Made by a program: the position numbers and the translations under genes. From Eubacteriales bacterium (lineage in GTDB: Bacteria > Bacillota > Clostridia > Oscillospirales > CAG-272): a DNA stretch of 54,491 nucleotides. The stretch spans positions 1 to 54,491 of the forward strand of contig JAZODH010000075.1 in the NCBI GenBank assembly GCA_045596925.1, in the 5' to 3' direction. Under the pieces are notes generated by a model. The model had not been told where the DNA came from, ran no database searches, and saw only the letters and a program-made list of their open reading frames with translations. This document shows positions 17,499 to 27,442 of this stretch, in pieces. The number at the start of each line of letters is the position of its first letter. Positions within the stretch are counted from its first letter, which is position 1.

Positions 17499-20483
17499 TT
17501 ATTTTTCAAGTACAAGGTTCTTTACAGCAAACCATTCAAGGTTGCCCGTGTCCTTGACCATGCCTATCTTGAAGTAGAAGCCTTCGCTGTCAAGCATAGC
17601 TTCGGTTACGTCAAAGGAAATGCTGACCTCTGCCCACCTGGTCTCGGTCTCGGCAGTTTCTTTGACGAGGGACGTTTTTGCCGCCATAGTGTCATAGATT
17701 ACGTCAATGGAAACGTCCGTTTCCGCGGGAGCCTTCATCATAAAGGACAGGGTATAGGTTCCTGCACCGTACATCTTTATGTCGTTCACGATGGATCTTG
17801 CCAGAGCCGCGGTGTAGTACTTTCCGTGGTCGTACATATAGTAGACCTTGGTGCCCTCTTCCTCTTTGACCACAAGGTCAACCGTGTAGCTGGGAGCCTC
17901 GGAGAAGTAGCTAATCTCACCCTCGTCGGGGAGAAGCAGATTTCCGCGGGGGACGACGGGAGTGATGACCACACCCTTGCCGGTTGTGGTAACGTCATCG
18001 ACCGCGGAGCACTTGGCCAGATCCTTGGTGGAAACGTATGCAACGCCGCCTATATCCTTTGTGGTAACGGTCTCGGTGGTTCTCAGGTACTTGAGAAGCG
18101 CATCTGCGGGGATAAGATATTCGTTGCCTTCCTTTACGACGTCGTGTTCAAACTGAACCTGGCGAGTGCCGATGAAGACGGTGTTCTTTGCTATGTATTC
18201 AGCCTCGTGAATGATGCGTTCAACAGGCTCATAGGTGTCGTCGTTTTCTATGGTAAGATACAGCTCGGGAGGTATTGTGCTTATCTGACTTGCGCTGTCG
18301 ATGATCTTGCCGTCAACGTATACGTTGGAGAGGGTGATGTGATAGTTATCCGTGTGTATATATCCGCTGCCGTTGTATACGCGCAGAAGGTAATTGAAGG
18401 TCTTGTCGGTGAAGCTCATAAATCCGTGGGGATCGCTGAGAGCTGTGAGTTTGGGCAGGGAAATGTTCTTGAAAACAAAGGACTTTTCAGCCGAACCCAT
18501 GCCGCGTCCCGAGAAGAAGTGAGGCAAGTGAACGCAGTCGACTGCATCGCAGTTGATAAGGGTACTGTTGTGAGTTCTGTCCTTTTCCTCGGGGTTGTAG
18601 CGGTTGTTCACGAAACCGTCGTCCGATCGCATAACGTGGATATCTTCAAAGAGTACGTTGTTTGTAACGCCCTGAGGATAGAGGGTGGCGCAGGTGGTTC
18701 CGCAGAGAACGTCCTTTACGTGACCGCTCTTGACGGAATATACGATGGTGTTATCAGCAACGTAGAGCATAAGGTGCTCGGCGTAGTTGTCGTTTCCCGA
18801 GAAGATGGAAAGACCGTCGGTGGTCATCATGGTGGAGAACGCCTTATAGTTGTATATCTCGCAGTTGCTGGCGGAAAGGGCCATATTGAAGCAACGGGAA
18901 TCCATGAAGGTAACACCGTTGAAATAAGTGCCGTTTCCGGTAATGGTCATCATCTTCCAGCCCGAGCCTTCGGTACCGCCGTCACGGATATCGCGCTCGT
19001 TGATGTTCTGGAAGGGATCGATGAGAACGCCGCGGCCCGTGACTCTGGAATATTCGCCTGCGATCTTACTTCTGGAGTTGAGGACCGCACCGGGAGCTAT
19101 GTAAAGCTGTGCTCCGGGCTCAGTCAACTCGTAAAGACCCGTTTCAGTCTCGTGCCAGCCTTCGATCCAGTAAACACCGGGATCACCCTTTGTGGGAATG
19201 TCGCCGGGGTACTCGGGATAGTCTGCGGCAATAGAGAGAACGGAGTTGTCGTCCTCGTCAAGACGGATCATGAAATAGTCGGGCTTGTCAAGGTATACCG
19301 AGATGACGCCGTCCTTGTAGGAGGTCTCAAAATTCTTTGCGGAGGGCATGACGGTGTAGTAGGAGAAGTCCTTGCCTACCTTTATGTCAACTCTTGTTTT
19401 TTCTCCCGAGAATGCGAACATGGCAAGGCGCCTGTAGTGGTCGCCGCCGATGCTTCGGCTGTACTCGGAATATTCCATTACGTGGTTGTAAACGGGAATG
19501 GATGCGGTCTTGTCGCCCTGAGTTACGCTTACCTTGTAATCGTAATTGCGGCGAACCTGAGAGGGAAGCTCGGGATAGATAACCAGCTGAGTTTGCTTAA
19601 AGTAATCTTCCTTTGATTGTATCTTGTCGGTTTTGATGATGCCGTCGGCAAGGGAAAGCTCGCCCTTGGCTTCTCGGATAAGCTTTGCCAGGCAGTCGAA
19701 TGCCGCCTTTTGCTCATAATACGTAGAGCCTACAAGATAGACCTTGGTGTCCTTTACAAGGACTGCCCATTCGCCTTCCCTTGCGCCAAGGGAAGCGTCG
19801 TCGGTGATGATTACGTTTGCCTTATCTATCTTTTTGACCTGTTCAACGGGAAGTCCAACCTTCTCGCTCATAAGAGCTGTAAGGTTTGTAGCAAACGCCG
19901 TGTTGTCGATGTCTGTGGAAATGCCTACGGAAAATACGTCTTTTCCGCCGATCTTGAGTGTGGTGACGGTGAATCCGCTTGATGGTATGTAGCTGTAGCC
20001 GTCGGCTAACAGAAGCCCTTTGTCGGAAATAAGGTTTTCCACGAAATATTCAACTCCCTTCGCGGTCTGTTCGTCTGTGCCGCCCATAATGGAGATCGTG
20101 CTACCGACTCTCGTGATCTTAAACTGGTCGAGCATGATACCGTCGGCAGAGCCGCGCTTGGAGGGACCTACCAGGATCTCCTTGTTGGCTTTACCCGTCA
20201 TATCGGTGACGATTTTAACGTCAACGCCTGTCTTTGCCTGGATTCCGTTGCGGAGTGCTGTGGCAGCTTCCTTAACGGTCTTCTTTGCCAGGTCGGCACG
20301 AACTATTACATAGTCCGCAACGCTCAAAGCCTCGTTTGGGTCGAGGGTATCGACAGCGTTCTGATCTGTTTCGTCGTTCTTGTTCTCGTCATTCTTTTTC
20401 GGGGGCATACAGGAAACAGCCGCGAAAATAAGGATCAGAGCAAGTACGCCAAAGAACAGTTTTTTGATCGTGCTTTTTTTCAT
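17499..20483 (-). CDS. Large modular lipoprotein, probable beta-helix (pectin-lyase-fold) glycan-active enzyme with C-terminal CBM-like domain
   Basis: AAGGAG RBS, MKKS...AVSC lipobox; LYIAPGAVL, VTGRGVL and TDGL segments typical of GH28/GH49-like beta-helix proteins. Confidence 0.7.
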   Translation of the reverse strand: MKKSTIKKLFFGVLALILIFAAVSCMPPKKNDENKNDETDQNAVDTLDPNEALSVADYVIVRADLAKKTVKEAATALRNGIQAKTGVDVKIVTDMTGKANKEILVGPSKRGSADGIMLDQFKITRVGSTISIMGGTDEQTAKGVEYFVENLISDKGLLLADGYSYIPSSGFTVTTLKIGGKDVFSVGISTDIDNTAFATNLTALMSEKVGLPVEQVKKIDKANVIITDDASLGAREGEWAVLVKDTKVYLVGSTYYEQKAAFDCLAKLIREAKGELSLADGIIKTDKIQSKEDYFKQTQLVIYPELPSQVRRNYDYKVSVTQGDKTASIPVYNHVMEYSEYSRSIGGDHYRRLAMFAFSGEKTRVDIKVGKDFSYYTVMPSAKNFETSYKDGVISVYLDKPDYFMIRLDEDDNSVLSIAADYPEYPGDIPTKGDPGVYWIEGWHETETGLYELTEPGAQLYIAPGAVLNSRSKIAGEYSRVTGRGVLIDPFQNINERDIRDGGTEGSGWKMMTITGNGTYFNGVTFMDSRCFNMALSASNCEIYNYKAFSTMMTTDGLSIFSGNDNYAEHLMLYVADNTIVYSVKSGHVKDVLCGTTCATLYPQGVTNNVLFEDIHVMRSDDGFVNNRYNPEEKDRTHNSTLINCDAVDCVHLPHFFSGRGMGSAEKSFVFKNISLPKLTALSDPHGFMSFTDKTFNYLLRVYNGSGYIHTDNYHITLSNVYVDGKIIDSASQISTIPPELYLTIENDDTYEPVERIIHEAEYIAKNTVFIGTRQVQFEHDVVKEGNEYLIPADALLKYLRTTETVTTKDIGGVAYVSTKDLAKCSAVDDVTTTGKGVVITPVVPRGNLLLPDEGEISYFSEAPSYTVDLVVKEEEGTKVYYMYDHGKYYTAALARSIVNDIKMYGAGTYTLSFMMKAPAETDVSIDVIYDTMAAKTSLVKETAETETRWAEVSISFDVTEAMLDSEGFYFKIGMVKDTGNLEWFAVKNLVLEK

Positions 20484-20660
20484 CTTTTTCTCCTTGTTGG
20501 GTTTTTGTTTTTTCCTTCTTTGCTTTCCGTTTTCGTGTTTATTGATATTATATATCAATACTCTATTGCCGTCAAGTATTTTTTCTTGCTTTGTTTTTTT
20601 GTGTTCTTGTCATTTTACAAATAAACGGGCGAAGACGTAGACCGTCCTCGCCCCGAAATG

Positions 20661-21992
20661 TTACTGTGTTGCCAGATTTACGATACGTTCCCACGTGAGC
20701 GGTCCCACAACACCGCTGACGGGGATTCCGTTTGAGCTTTGAACTGCGCGAACCGCCGCCTCGGTGGAGGGACCGAAGGCCCCGTCCTCCGTTATTCTCG
20801 GAATATAAGAGTATCGATCGGCTGCCTGGTTTATAAAGCGTTGAAGCACCAGCACCTCCCGACCCTCGCTGCCCTCGCTCAGGACTCTGCCGGGGTATAT
20901 TTCGTCGGCAAGGTCTCCGTACTCGCCACGAATGGAGTTCAGGGCACGCGAATAGGTGTCGGTAATTGCGTTCCAAGTAGCTCTGCCCACGATCCCGTCC
21001 TCCGTCAAGCCCGCCTGCCGCTGAATAGCGCGGACCGCATTTTCGGTCTGTGTTCCGAAAGTGCCGTCCACGGTAACATCGGGTACTTGAGGGTCAAAAA
21101 AAGCGATGACCGACAAAAAATACTGAAGATCCCGCACCGCGTCTCCCGTGTCTCCGACGGCAAGCTGACGGGGGTATATCAGGCGCACGTCACCCGGAGA
21201 GATTCCCTCGCTTTGCACCTCCGCCAAACGCTTCACTGCCGCCCAGATGGATTTTATTCTGTACCAGGTCGCCTTTCCTACCACGCCGTCCTGGGTCAGG
21301 TTAAAGATCCGCTGAAAGGTTCTCACTGCGTTCTCCGTGTCCTGCCCGAAGATACCGTCGGGGTCGTTTATCCGTCCGATGGCCGGGTAATTTTGCCCTA
21401 TTCTGTTAAGCTGTCGCTGAATGGTGAGAACGTCCTGGGAGGAATCTCCTCGCCGTAGAGGCCGCCCGGGATAGGAGGGAAGATTTCTGGCGGTAGGCGC
21501 GTTGAAAATTATGTTTATATCGTCGCCGTAATAATATTGAAGGATTTCGTAAGGGGTCAGTCCCTCCTCGGCCAGAGCCACGCTACCCCACTGGGACAGA
21601 CCGTTGCACACGACGGTCGTTCCGTTGCAGTAGGCGGCAAAAAGCGGCTCTACCGACCCTTGGCGGACAATATAGTCGTTGAACACCTCGTCAACTATCT
21701 CCCCAATGTTGTCGAAAATATCCCTGCCGTAAACAAAGGTCTGGTCAAACTGGGTAGTCGAGGTGATGTCAAAATCATATCCCCGAGAGCGGTAATATTC
21801 GGTGTAGATCCGGTTGAGCGCGTAGGAAATCTGCGCGTAAATATTGGCGCGGAGAGCGGTCTCGGGCCAGGTGGGATAGATCTCCGAGGAGGCTACGTTT
21901 TTTATATAATCAATGAACGGAACGGTCACGTTTGGCACGGAACGATCGCTCGGCAACCCCAGGTGAACGGTAATGTTTTCGGGTATGGTCAT
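20661..21992 (-). CDS. sleC: SleC-type spore cortex-lytic enzyme (catalytic domain plus three PG-binding repeats, no pro-domain)
   Basis: ITVHLG, YIKNVASSEIYPTWP, LNRIYTEYY, YCNG...LSQWGS; three DG.FG..TE.AVR..Q repeats. Confidence 0.88.
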   Translation of the reverse strand: MTIPENITVHLGLPSDRSVPNVTVPFIDYIKNVASSEIYPTWPETALRANIYAQISYALNRIYTEYYRSRGYDFDITSTTQFDQTFVYGRDIFDNIGEIVDEVFNDYIVRQGSVEPLFAAYCNGTTVVCNGLSQWGSVALAEEGLTPYEILQYYYGDDINIIFNAPTARNLPSYPGRPLRRGDSSQDVLTIQRQLNRIGQNYPAIGRINDPDGIFGQDTENAVRTFQRIFNLTQDGVVGKATWYRIKSIWAAVKRLAEVQSEGISPGDVRLIYPRQLAVGDTGDAVRDLQYFLSVIAFFDPQVPDVTVDGTFGTQTENAVRAIQRQAGLTEDGIVGRATWNAITDTYSRALNSIRGEYGDLADEIYPGRVLSEGSEGREVLVLQRFINQAADRYSYIPRITEDGAFGPSTEAAVRAVQSSNGIPVSGVVGPLTWERIVNLATQ

Positions 21993-23107
21993 CTGTCATC
22001 CTCCGCACCGATGATGATGGGCTGTATGCTCTTTATGCCCTCGTAGATCTCCACACTGCTCTTCTGCGGTGCAACGCCATCAAAAAGAGCCGTCATGTCG
22101 TATACGGCGGTCTTGTCGGGGGTGAGGAAGACCAGAGAATTTTCTCTTGGCGGTGCGGGAAGCTCGATGCCGTCGATTATGCCGTCCGGGTCGGTGATCC
22201 CCTCGAAAAAGAGCACCCGTCCGTCGTCGAAATCCTTCGTTACGGCAACCTTCACCCCCTCAATGGGGTAGGACTGCCTGCCCGAGAACGCTTGTATCTT
22301 CAGATATCCCAGACGGGGATTTTCTCGCAGGAAATCCTCGTAGGTGAGGGAAGTCTCGGTGCCATCGGGGATACTTGGCTCGGTGTCGTCGGGAGATCCG
22401 GACTCAATGCCACCGGGCGTGTCGGACACGTTGCCGCCGGGGGTGCTGGGTTTGATGCTGTTGTGAGTGTCGGGCTCAATGTCGGGCGTTTCCTGCACGC
22501 GCTCCCAGACCGCTATTTCCTCCGCGCCCGAAACCGAGGCGGTCTCCACCCGATTTATGTAGTCCACGATACCGTCGGCTACACCTTGGGCAAAGGTTTC
22601 GGGCGCGTCGGCCATGAGGGTTGAATCAACGGGGCTGGTGATAAATCCCAGCTCCACCAGAACTGCGGGCATTTGGGTCCTTCGCAGAACGTAAAGTCCG
22701 GGACGCGCCTGAACACCGCGATTTCTCAGACCGGTGGAAAGGTTGAGCTGTTCGAGTATCGATTGCGCCAGAGGATAGGCGACGGAGTTGAGGCTATAAA
22801 CGTAAGCCTCCGATCCGCTTGCCATGGGATTTACCGAGGCGTTGGTGTGCAGGCTGATAAAATAGTCCGCGCCCCAGGCGTTTGCGTCATTTACGCGGAG
22901 GGCAAGTGAGGATGCGTTGGATGTTCCCAGAATTACGTTGGGGTCTCTCCGTGAGAGCCTGGTCTCATAGCCGTAGTTTTGGAGAATTCTTGCAAGGATC
23001 ACCCCGATATTGTAGACGAGATCCTGCTCACGGTAGCCGTTGCCCTCCGCTCCCGCGTTGGGATTTTGTGGGTTGTGGCCTTGGTCGATGTATATTTTTA
23101 TTGCCAT
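21989..23107 (-). CDS. Amidase_3 N-acetylmuramoyl-L-alanine amidase fused to a SleC pro-domain-like C-terminus
   Basis: IYIDQGH, E, ISLHTNA, LVELGFI Zn-amidase motifs; C-terminal GYLKI...PIEG...TDPDG...IELPAP; ATGA overlap with sleC. Confidence 0.85.
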   Translation of the reverse strand: MAIKIYIDQGHNPQNPNAGAEGNGYREQDLVYNIGVILARILQNYGYETRLSRRDPNVILGTSNASSLALRVNDANAWGADYFISLHTNASVNPMASGSEAYVYSLNSVAYPLAQSILEQLNLSTGLRNRGVQARPGLYVLRRTQMPAVLVELGFITSPVDSTLMADAPETFAQGVADGIVDYINRVETASVSGAEEIAVWERVQETPDIEPDTHNSIKPSTPGGNVSDTPGGIESGSPDDTEPSIPDGTETSLTYEDFLRENPRLGYLKIQAFSGRQSYPIEGVKVAVTKDFDDGRVLFFEGITDPDGIIDGIELPAPPRENSLVFLTPDKTAVYDMTALFDGVAPQKSSVEIYEGIKSIQPIIIGAEDDR

Positions 23108-23153
23108 TTTCGTCGCTTCCTTTCGTCAGATGGGCGTGTTTCGCCCTTGGTAC

Positions 23154-23183
23154 AGAATATGAGCAGACAGGGGCGAATGTGCC
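23154..23183 (-). promoter_or_regulatory. Putative sigma-K promoter of the amidase-sleC operon
   Basis: GGCACA-16 bp-CATATTCT fits the AC(A)-16-CATAnnnT consensus. Confidence 0.6.
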
Positions 23184-23191
23184 AAAAGCCC

Positions 23192-23221
23192 TTGACAAAA
23201 TATGCCTTTTTGGTGTATAAT
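23192..23221 (+). promoter_or_regulatory. Sigma-A promoter of pncB
   Basis: TTGACA-18 bp-TATAAT. Confidence 0.7.
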
Positions 23222-23273
23222 TCATTCCAATGAAGAAGCCCTGTGAGGGCGTACCTTATTGATGGAGGACGAA

Positions 23274-24722
23274 ATGAAGAATATTTCCAGAAATCTCACT
23301 ATGCTCTGCGACTTCTACGAGCTGACTATGGCAAACGGATATTTTAAGACGGGAATGGGCGAGACTATCGCTTATTTTGATGTATTCTACCGCGAAAATC
23401 CCGACAACGCGGGCTTTGCCATTGCCGCAGGTCTTGAGCAGGTGGTGGAGTATATAAACGACCTTAAATTCGACGATGACGACATTGAATATCTGCGCTC
23501 AAAGAAGATATTTGACGAGGAGTTTCTGTCTTATCTGAAGACCTTCCGCTTCACGGGCGATATTTGGGCGGTGACCGAGGGTACGGTGGTCTTCCCGGGC
23601 GAGCCTATTATGGTAGTCCGCGCTCCCGCAATTCAGGCGCAGTTTATCGAGACTTATGTTCTGCTGGTGCTCAACCACCAGTCCATGATCGCAACAAAGG
23701 CAAACAGAATAGTCCGCGCCTCCGAGGGACGCGCGGTAAGCGAGTTCGGCTCCCGCCGTGCACAGGGCGCAGACGCGGCGATCCTGGGCGCAAGAGCTGC
23801 TTACATCGGCGGCTGCGCGGCGACTGCGTGCACCATTGCCGACCAGGTCTACGGCGTTCCCGCCACGGGTACTATGGCTCACTCATGGGTGCAGATGTTC
23901 CCCGATGAGTATACGGCGTTTAAGACCTACTGCGAGGCTTATCCCACAAACGCGACTTTGCTCGTTGACACCTATGACGTGCTGGGAAGCGGAATCCCCA
24001 ACGCCATTCGGGCGTTCAAGGAAGTTCTTTTGCCAAAGGGAATCACAAAATGCGGAATCCGTCTTGATTCGGGCGATATTACTTACCTTTCGAAAAAGGC
24101 GAGAAAGATGCTTGACGAGGCGGGCTTGACCGAATGTAAAATAGTGGTTTCCAACTCCCTTGACGAATACATCATTTCCGACCTTATGCGCCAGGGCGCC
24201 AAGGTTGATGCCTTCGGCGTTGGTGAGAGAATGATAACCTCCAAGAGCAATCCCGTTTTCGGCGGAGTATACAAGCTTTGCGCCGTTGAGGACAGAGACG
24301 GGAATATCATTCCCAAGATAAAGATAAGCGAGAACGCTGCAAAGGTCACCACTCCTCACTTCAAGAAGGTCTACCGCCTTTACAGCAACGATGACAAAAA
24401 AGCGGAGGCAGACCTTATCTGCGTTTACGACGAGATGGTGGACGATACAAAGCCTCTTGAAATTTTTGACCCCGTTCACACCTGGAAGCGCAAGGTGCTC
24501 ACCGACTTTACGGCAAGAGAATTGCTTGTGCCCGTTTTCCGTGACGGCAAGCAGGTCTACACGCTTCCCGATATCCACGAGATAAAAGAGCATTGCAGAC
24601 GAGAGATAGAGTTCGTCTGGGACGAGGTGCTCAGGTTTGAGAACCCTCACAACTACTACGTTGACCTTTCTCAGAAGCTTTGGGATATCAAGAACGAGAT
24701 GCTTCACAAAATGAGAAAATAA
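23274..24722 (+). CDS. pncB: Nicotinate phosphoribosyltransferase
   Basis: DFYELTM, EFGSRRAQG, GTMAHSW, LVDTYD, RLDSGD. Confidence 0.96.
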   Translation: MKNISRNLTMLCDFYELTMANGYFKTGMGETIAYFDVFYRENPDNAGFAIAAGLEQVVEYINDLKFDDDDIEYLRSKKIFDEEFLSYLKTFRFTGDIWAVTEGTVVFPGEPIMVVRAPAIQAQFIETYVLLVLNHQSMIATKANRIVRASEGRAVSEFGSRRAQGADAAILGARAAYIGGCAATACTIADQVYGVPATGTMAHSWVQMFPDEYTAFKTYCEAYPTNATLLVDTYDVLGSGIPNAIRAFKEVLLPKGITKCGIRLDSGDITYLSKKARKMLDEAGLTECKIVVSNSLDEYIISDLMRQGAKVDAFGVGERMITSKSNPVFGGVYKLCAVEDRDGNIIPKIKISENAAKVTTPHFKKVYRLYSNDDKKAEADLICVYDEMVDDTKPLEIFDPVHTWKRKVLTDFTARELLVPVFRDGKQVYTLPDIHEIKEHCRREIEFVWDEVLRFENPHNYYVDLSQKLWDIKNEMLHKMRK

Positions 24723-24730
24723 TAACAAAG

Positions 24731-24757
24731 AAAACGGTGGCATGCGCCACCGTTTTT
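24731..24757 (+). terminator. Intrinsic terminator
   Basis: AAAACGGTGGC-ATGC-GCCACCGTTTTT. Confidence 0.75.
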
Positions 24758-24915
24758 ATTTGTCGGAAACCGAAAGAGAATAGAAAACCCGCCCCGAAAA
24801 TGGCTGTTCGGGGCGGGTGTAAATCGAAAAAGGCGGGAAATTACAAATTCCTGCCTTTTTCTGCATAAATTCTCAAAATATCTGAAAAAAATTTAAAATT
24901 TTTTCATAAAACCCC

Positions 24916-24944
24916 TTGCAATTTTCCCGCGTTTGGACTATAAT
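24916..24944 (+). promoter_or_regulatory. Sigma-A promoter of the dcw cluster
   Basis: TTGCAA-17 bp-TATAAT, followed by degenerate approx. 10-bp-spaced GTGGTG-like units that may be MraZ boxes. Confidence 0.65.
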
Positions 24945-25037
24945 AAGTATACAAGTGGTGCAAAATGTTGAATTTGAGCGAAAAATGGCGCGAAAATACA
25001 CCCATTTTGCAGTAAAAAAGCGAAAGGAGGGCAACTT

Positions 25038-25469
25038 ATGTCACTTTGCGGTGAATTCAGACATTCCCTTGATGCAAAAAACAGACTGTTCATACCTGCA
25101 AAGCACAGAGAAAAGCTGGGCGATACCGTTATGGTAGTCCGCAATCTGGAGCGTAAGTGCCTCATCGTCTATTCGCTTGAGGAGTGGGAGAAGTACAAGG
25201 ATTCCGTTCTTGCAAAGATCCCCGTTTCCAGAAGACAGGATATAAACCGCTTCCTGTTCCGCAGATCCCTTGAGACAGGGTATGATACCCAGGGAAGAAT
25301 TATGCTGACCCCCGAGCTGCTGGCTCACGCCGAGATGGAAAGGGGAACGGCTGTTATCGTAGGTTGCGGATATTACGCCGAGATCTGGAGCGAAAAGAAC
25401 TTCGAAGAGACCATCGCAAACGAGAACGCAGAAGAACTCAACGAGCTTCTCCGCCAGTACGATGTGTGA
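25038..25469 (+). CDS. mraZ: Transcriptional regulator MraZ
   Basis: [27 protein letters not shown]; first gene of the dcw cluster. Confidence 0.93.
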   Translation: MSLCGEFRHSLDAKNRLFIPAKHREKLGDTVMVVRNLERKCLIVYSLEEWEKYKDSVLAKIPVSRRQDINRFLFRRSLETGYDTQGRIMLTPELLAHAEMERGTAVIVGCGYYAEIWSEKNFEETIANENAEELNELLRQYDV

Positions 25470-26433
25470 TACTTATAAAACGGAGCAGAGTGGCTCCGAG
25501 ATAAATTTCAACCACCGCTCGGTGCTCCTTGACGAGTGCATCGAAGGGCTTGACATAAAGCCCGACGGCATCTACGTTGACGGCACGGCAGGCGGCGGCG
25601 GACATTCCTATCACATAGCAGAGCGCCTGACCACGGGTCGGCTTATCGCCATTGACCAGGACGAAACGGCAATAGCGGCGGCCACAAAAAGACTTGAGCC
25701 GTTTGCGGATCGAGTGACACTGGTTCGCAGCAACTTCTCGAAGATCAAGGAGGTCTGCCGAGAGCTTGGCATCGAAAGGATAGACGGCGTGCTAATGGAC
25801 CTGGGCGTTTCCTCCTATCAGCTTGATACCCCCGAGAGAGGATTTTCCTACAACGCCGACGCACCGCTGGACATGAGAATGGACAACCGAAACCCTCTGA
25901 CGGCACGCAGAGTCGTGAACGAATACAGCGAAGCAGAGCTGAAACGGGTGATATTCGATTTTGGCGAGGAAAAATTCGGCGCGAAGATCGCATCAAATAT
26001 TGTAAAAGCACGGGCAGAGTCGCCCATTGAGACCACCGGTCAGCTGGTGGATATAATCAAAGAATCTATCCCTGCGGCGGCAAGGCGTGACGGACCTCAC
26101 CCCGCAAAACGAACCTTTCAGGCTATACGCATTGAAGTGAATTCCGAGCTTTCGGTGATAGCCCCTGCCATTGAAGGCACCGTGAGACTTCTCTCGGAAG
26201 GCGGAAGGATAGCGATAATCACCTTCCATTCCTTGGAGGACAGGCTGGTAAAGCAGGCTTACGCCGCTCAGGCGCAGGGATGCACCTGCCCACGTGAATT
26301 TCCCGTTTGCGTGTGCGGAAACAAGCCGAAGCTGAAGGTGGTAACGAGAAAACCCATTCTTCCAAGCGACAAGGAGCTTGAAGAAAATCCCCGCTCGCGA
26401 AGCGCGAAGCTCCGCGTGGCTGAGAAGATCTGA
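25462..26433 (+). CDS. rsmH: 16S rRNA m4C1402 methyltransferase
   Basis: [41 protein letters not shown]. Confidence 0.97.
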   Translation: MCDTYKTEQSGSEINFNHRSVLLDECIEGLDIKPDGIYVDGTAGGGGHSYHIAERLTTGRLIAIDQDETAIAAATKRLEPFADRVTLVRSNFSKIKEVCRELGIERIDGVLMDLGVSSYQLDTPERGFSYNADAPLDMRMDNRNPLTARRVVNEYSEAELKRVIFDFGEEKFGAKIASNIVKARAESPIETTGQLVDIIKESIPAAARRDGPHPAKRTFQAIRIEVNSELSVIAPAIEGTVRLLSEGGRIAIITFHSLEDRLVKQAYAAQAQGCTCPREFPVCVCGNKPKLKVVTRKPILPSDKELEENPRSRSAKLRVAEKI

Positions 26434-26497
26434 AATTGACCCACTGATATAAAATTTTGAGCGGAAGCTTGCATCCGCGGAGAGGAAGTATTTTGTT

Positions 26498-27268
26498 ATG
26501 AACGATTTTAACCGCTGCACGGCTACATTCAATAACATTATTCTGCAGTACGAGGGCAGAGGATTTTCCCGTGCTACTTCCGCCAAAAAGCAGGCTCAGC
26601 AGTTTTCTGCGAGAACTCTTGAGGAGTTCGACCGCTATTATCAGAACCGTCCCAATTATGCAGGCTATACGCCCCCTGCGGCAAAGGCGCAAAGCAGGCA
26701 TACGGCGTCTGTGCACCAAAACGGCGCACCTGTGACAAAGCGTCCTGCAAAGCCCGTGACCACAGCTCCCGTTGAGCATAAGCGCACGGTACAGCAGGTG
26801 GCAAAGAAGTCTGCACCCGCCAAGCTCCCCTCGCAGATGAAGAACGAGCCGAGCAAGGTGAGACGTGCCGTTGAAAAGATGGCTGATATTTCCGTGGGCG
26901 CAACGAGGCGCAACTTCAGAAGACTCCCTGCGGCAACTCTTGTTACCATTGTTGCCTGCATGATGTCCCTTGTTCTCTTGGTCGGAAGCACGGTGATGAC
27001 AGGCGAAATTACAAACGAGTACTCGGAACTCAAAAGCCAGGTAAATGCTCTTGCAAACGAGGAAAGCAAGCTGGCGACAGAGCTTGACATCAAGAACGAT
27101 CTGAGAGTTATTGAGGATATCGCGATCAACAAGCTGGGAATGGTCAGCCGCGATCTTATAACAAGAAACTACATAAAGCTTGACGAAGAGGATATGATCG
27201 AGAGCTTTGCGGAGCCCGAGACAAACGTGGGACTTTCCACTCTGCTCAGTGCGATCGCGGGCAGATGA
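26498..27268 (+). CDS. ftsL: FtsL-like cell division protein with long N-terminal extension
   Basis: Position after rsmH; TM helix, coiled coil, IEDIAINKLGM motif. Confidence 0.7.
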   Translation: MNDFNRCTATFNNIILQYEGRGFSRATSAKKQAQQFSARTLEEFDRYYQNRPNYAGYTPPAAKAQSRHTASVHQNGAPVTKRPAKPVTTAPVEHKRTVQQVAKKSAPAKLPSQMKNEPSKVRRAVEKMADISVGATRRNFRRLPAATLVTIVACMMSLVLLVGSTVMTGEITNEYSELKSQVNALANEESKLATELDIKNDLRVIEDIAINKLGMVSRDLITRNYIKLDEEDMIESFAEPETNVGLSTLLSAIAGR

Positions 27269-27273
27269 TGTCA

Positions 27274-27303
27274 GTCATAAAAGAAGATTGATACAAATAA
27301 TAT
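27274..27303 (+). promoter_or_regulatory. Possible sigma-E promoter of the PBP gene
   Basis: GTCATA-16 bp-AATAATAT resembles the sigma-E consensus; spoVD is sigma-E controlled in B. subtilis. Confidence 0.4.
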
Positions 27304-27442
27304 GAATATTGAGCTGCGATAGCAGTGTCGGCCATACGGTCGGGACAAACGGCGAGATTTGAGGATTTTTGTTGGCAGGTAAAATGAAAATCGGTCTTGC
27401 CGTTTGATTTTTAATTTTTTTCGGGGAAGGAGAGGATAGACC

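Noticed and set aside
24760-24870. Extra hairpins after pncB as an ncRNA
   Set aside because: Simple stem-loops with no recognisable RNA family motif or promoter.
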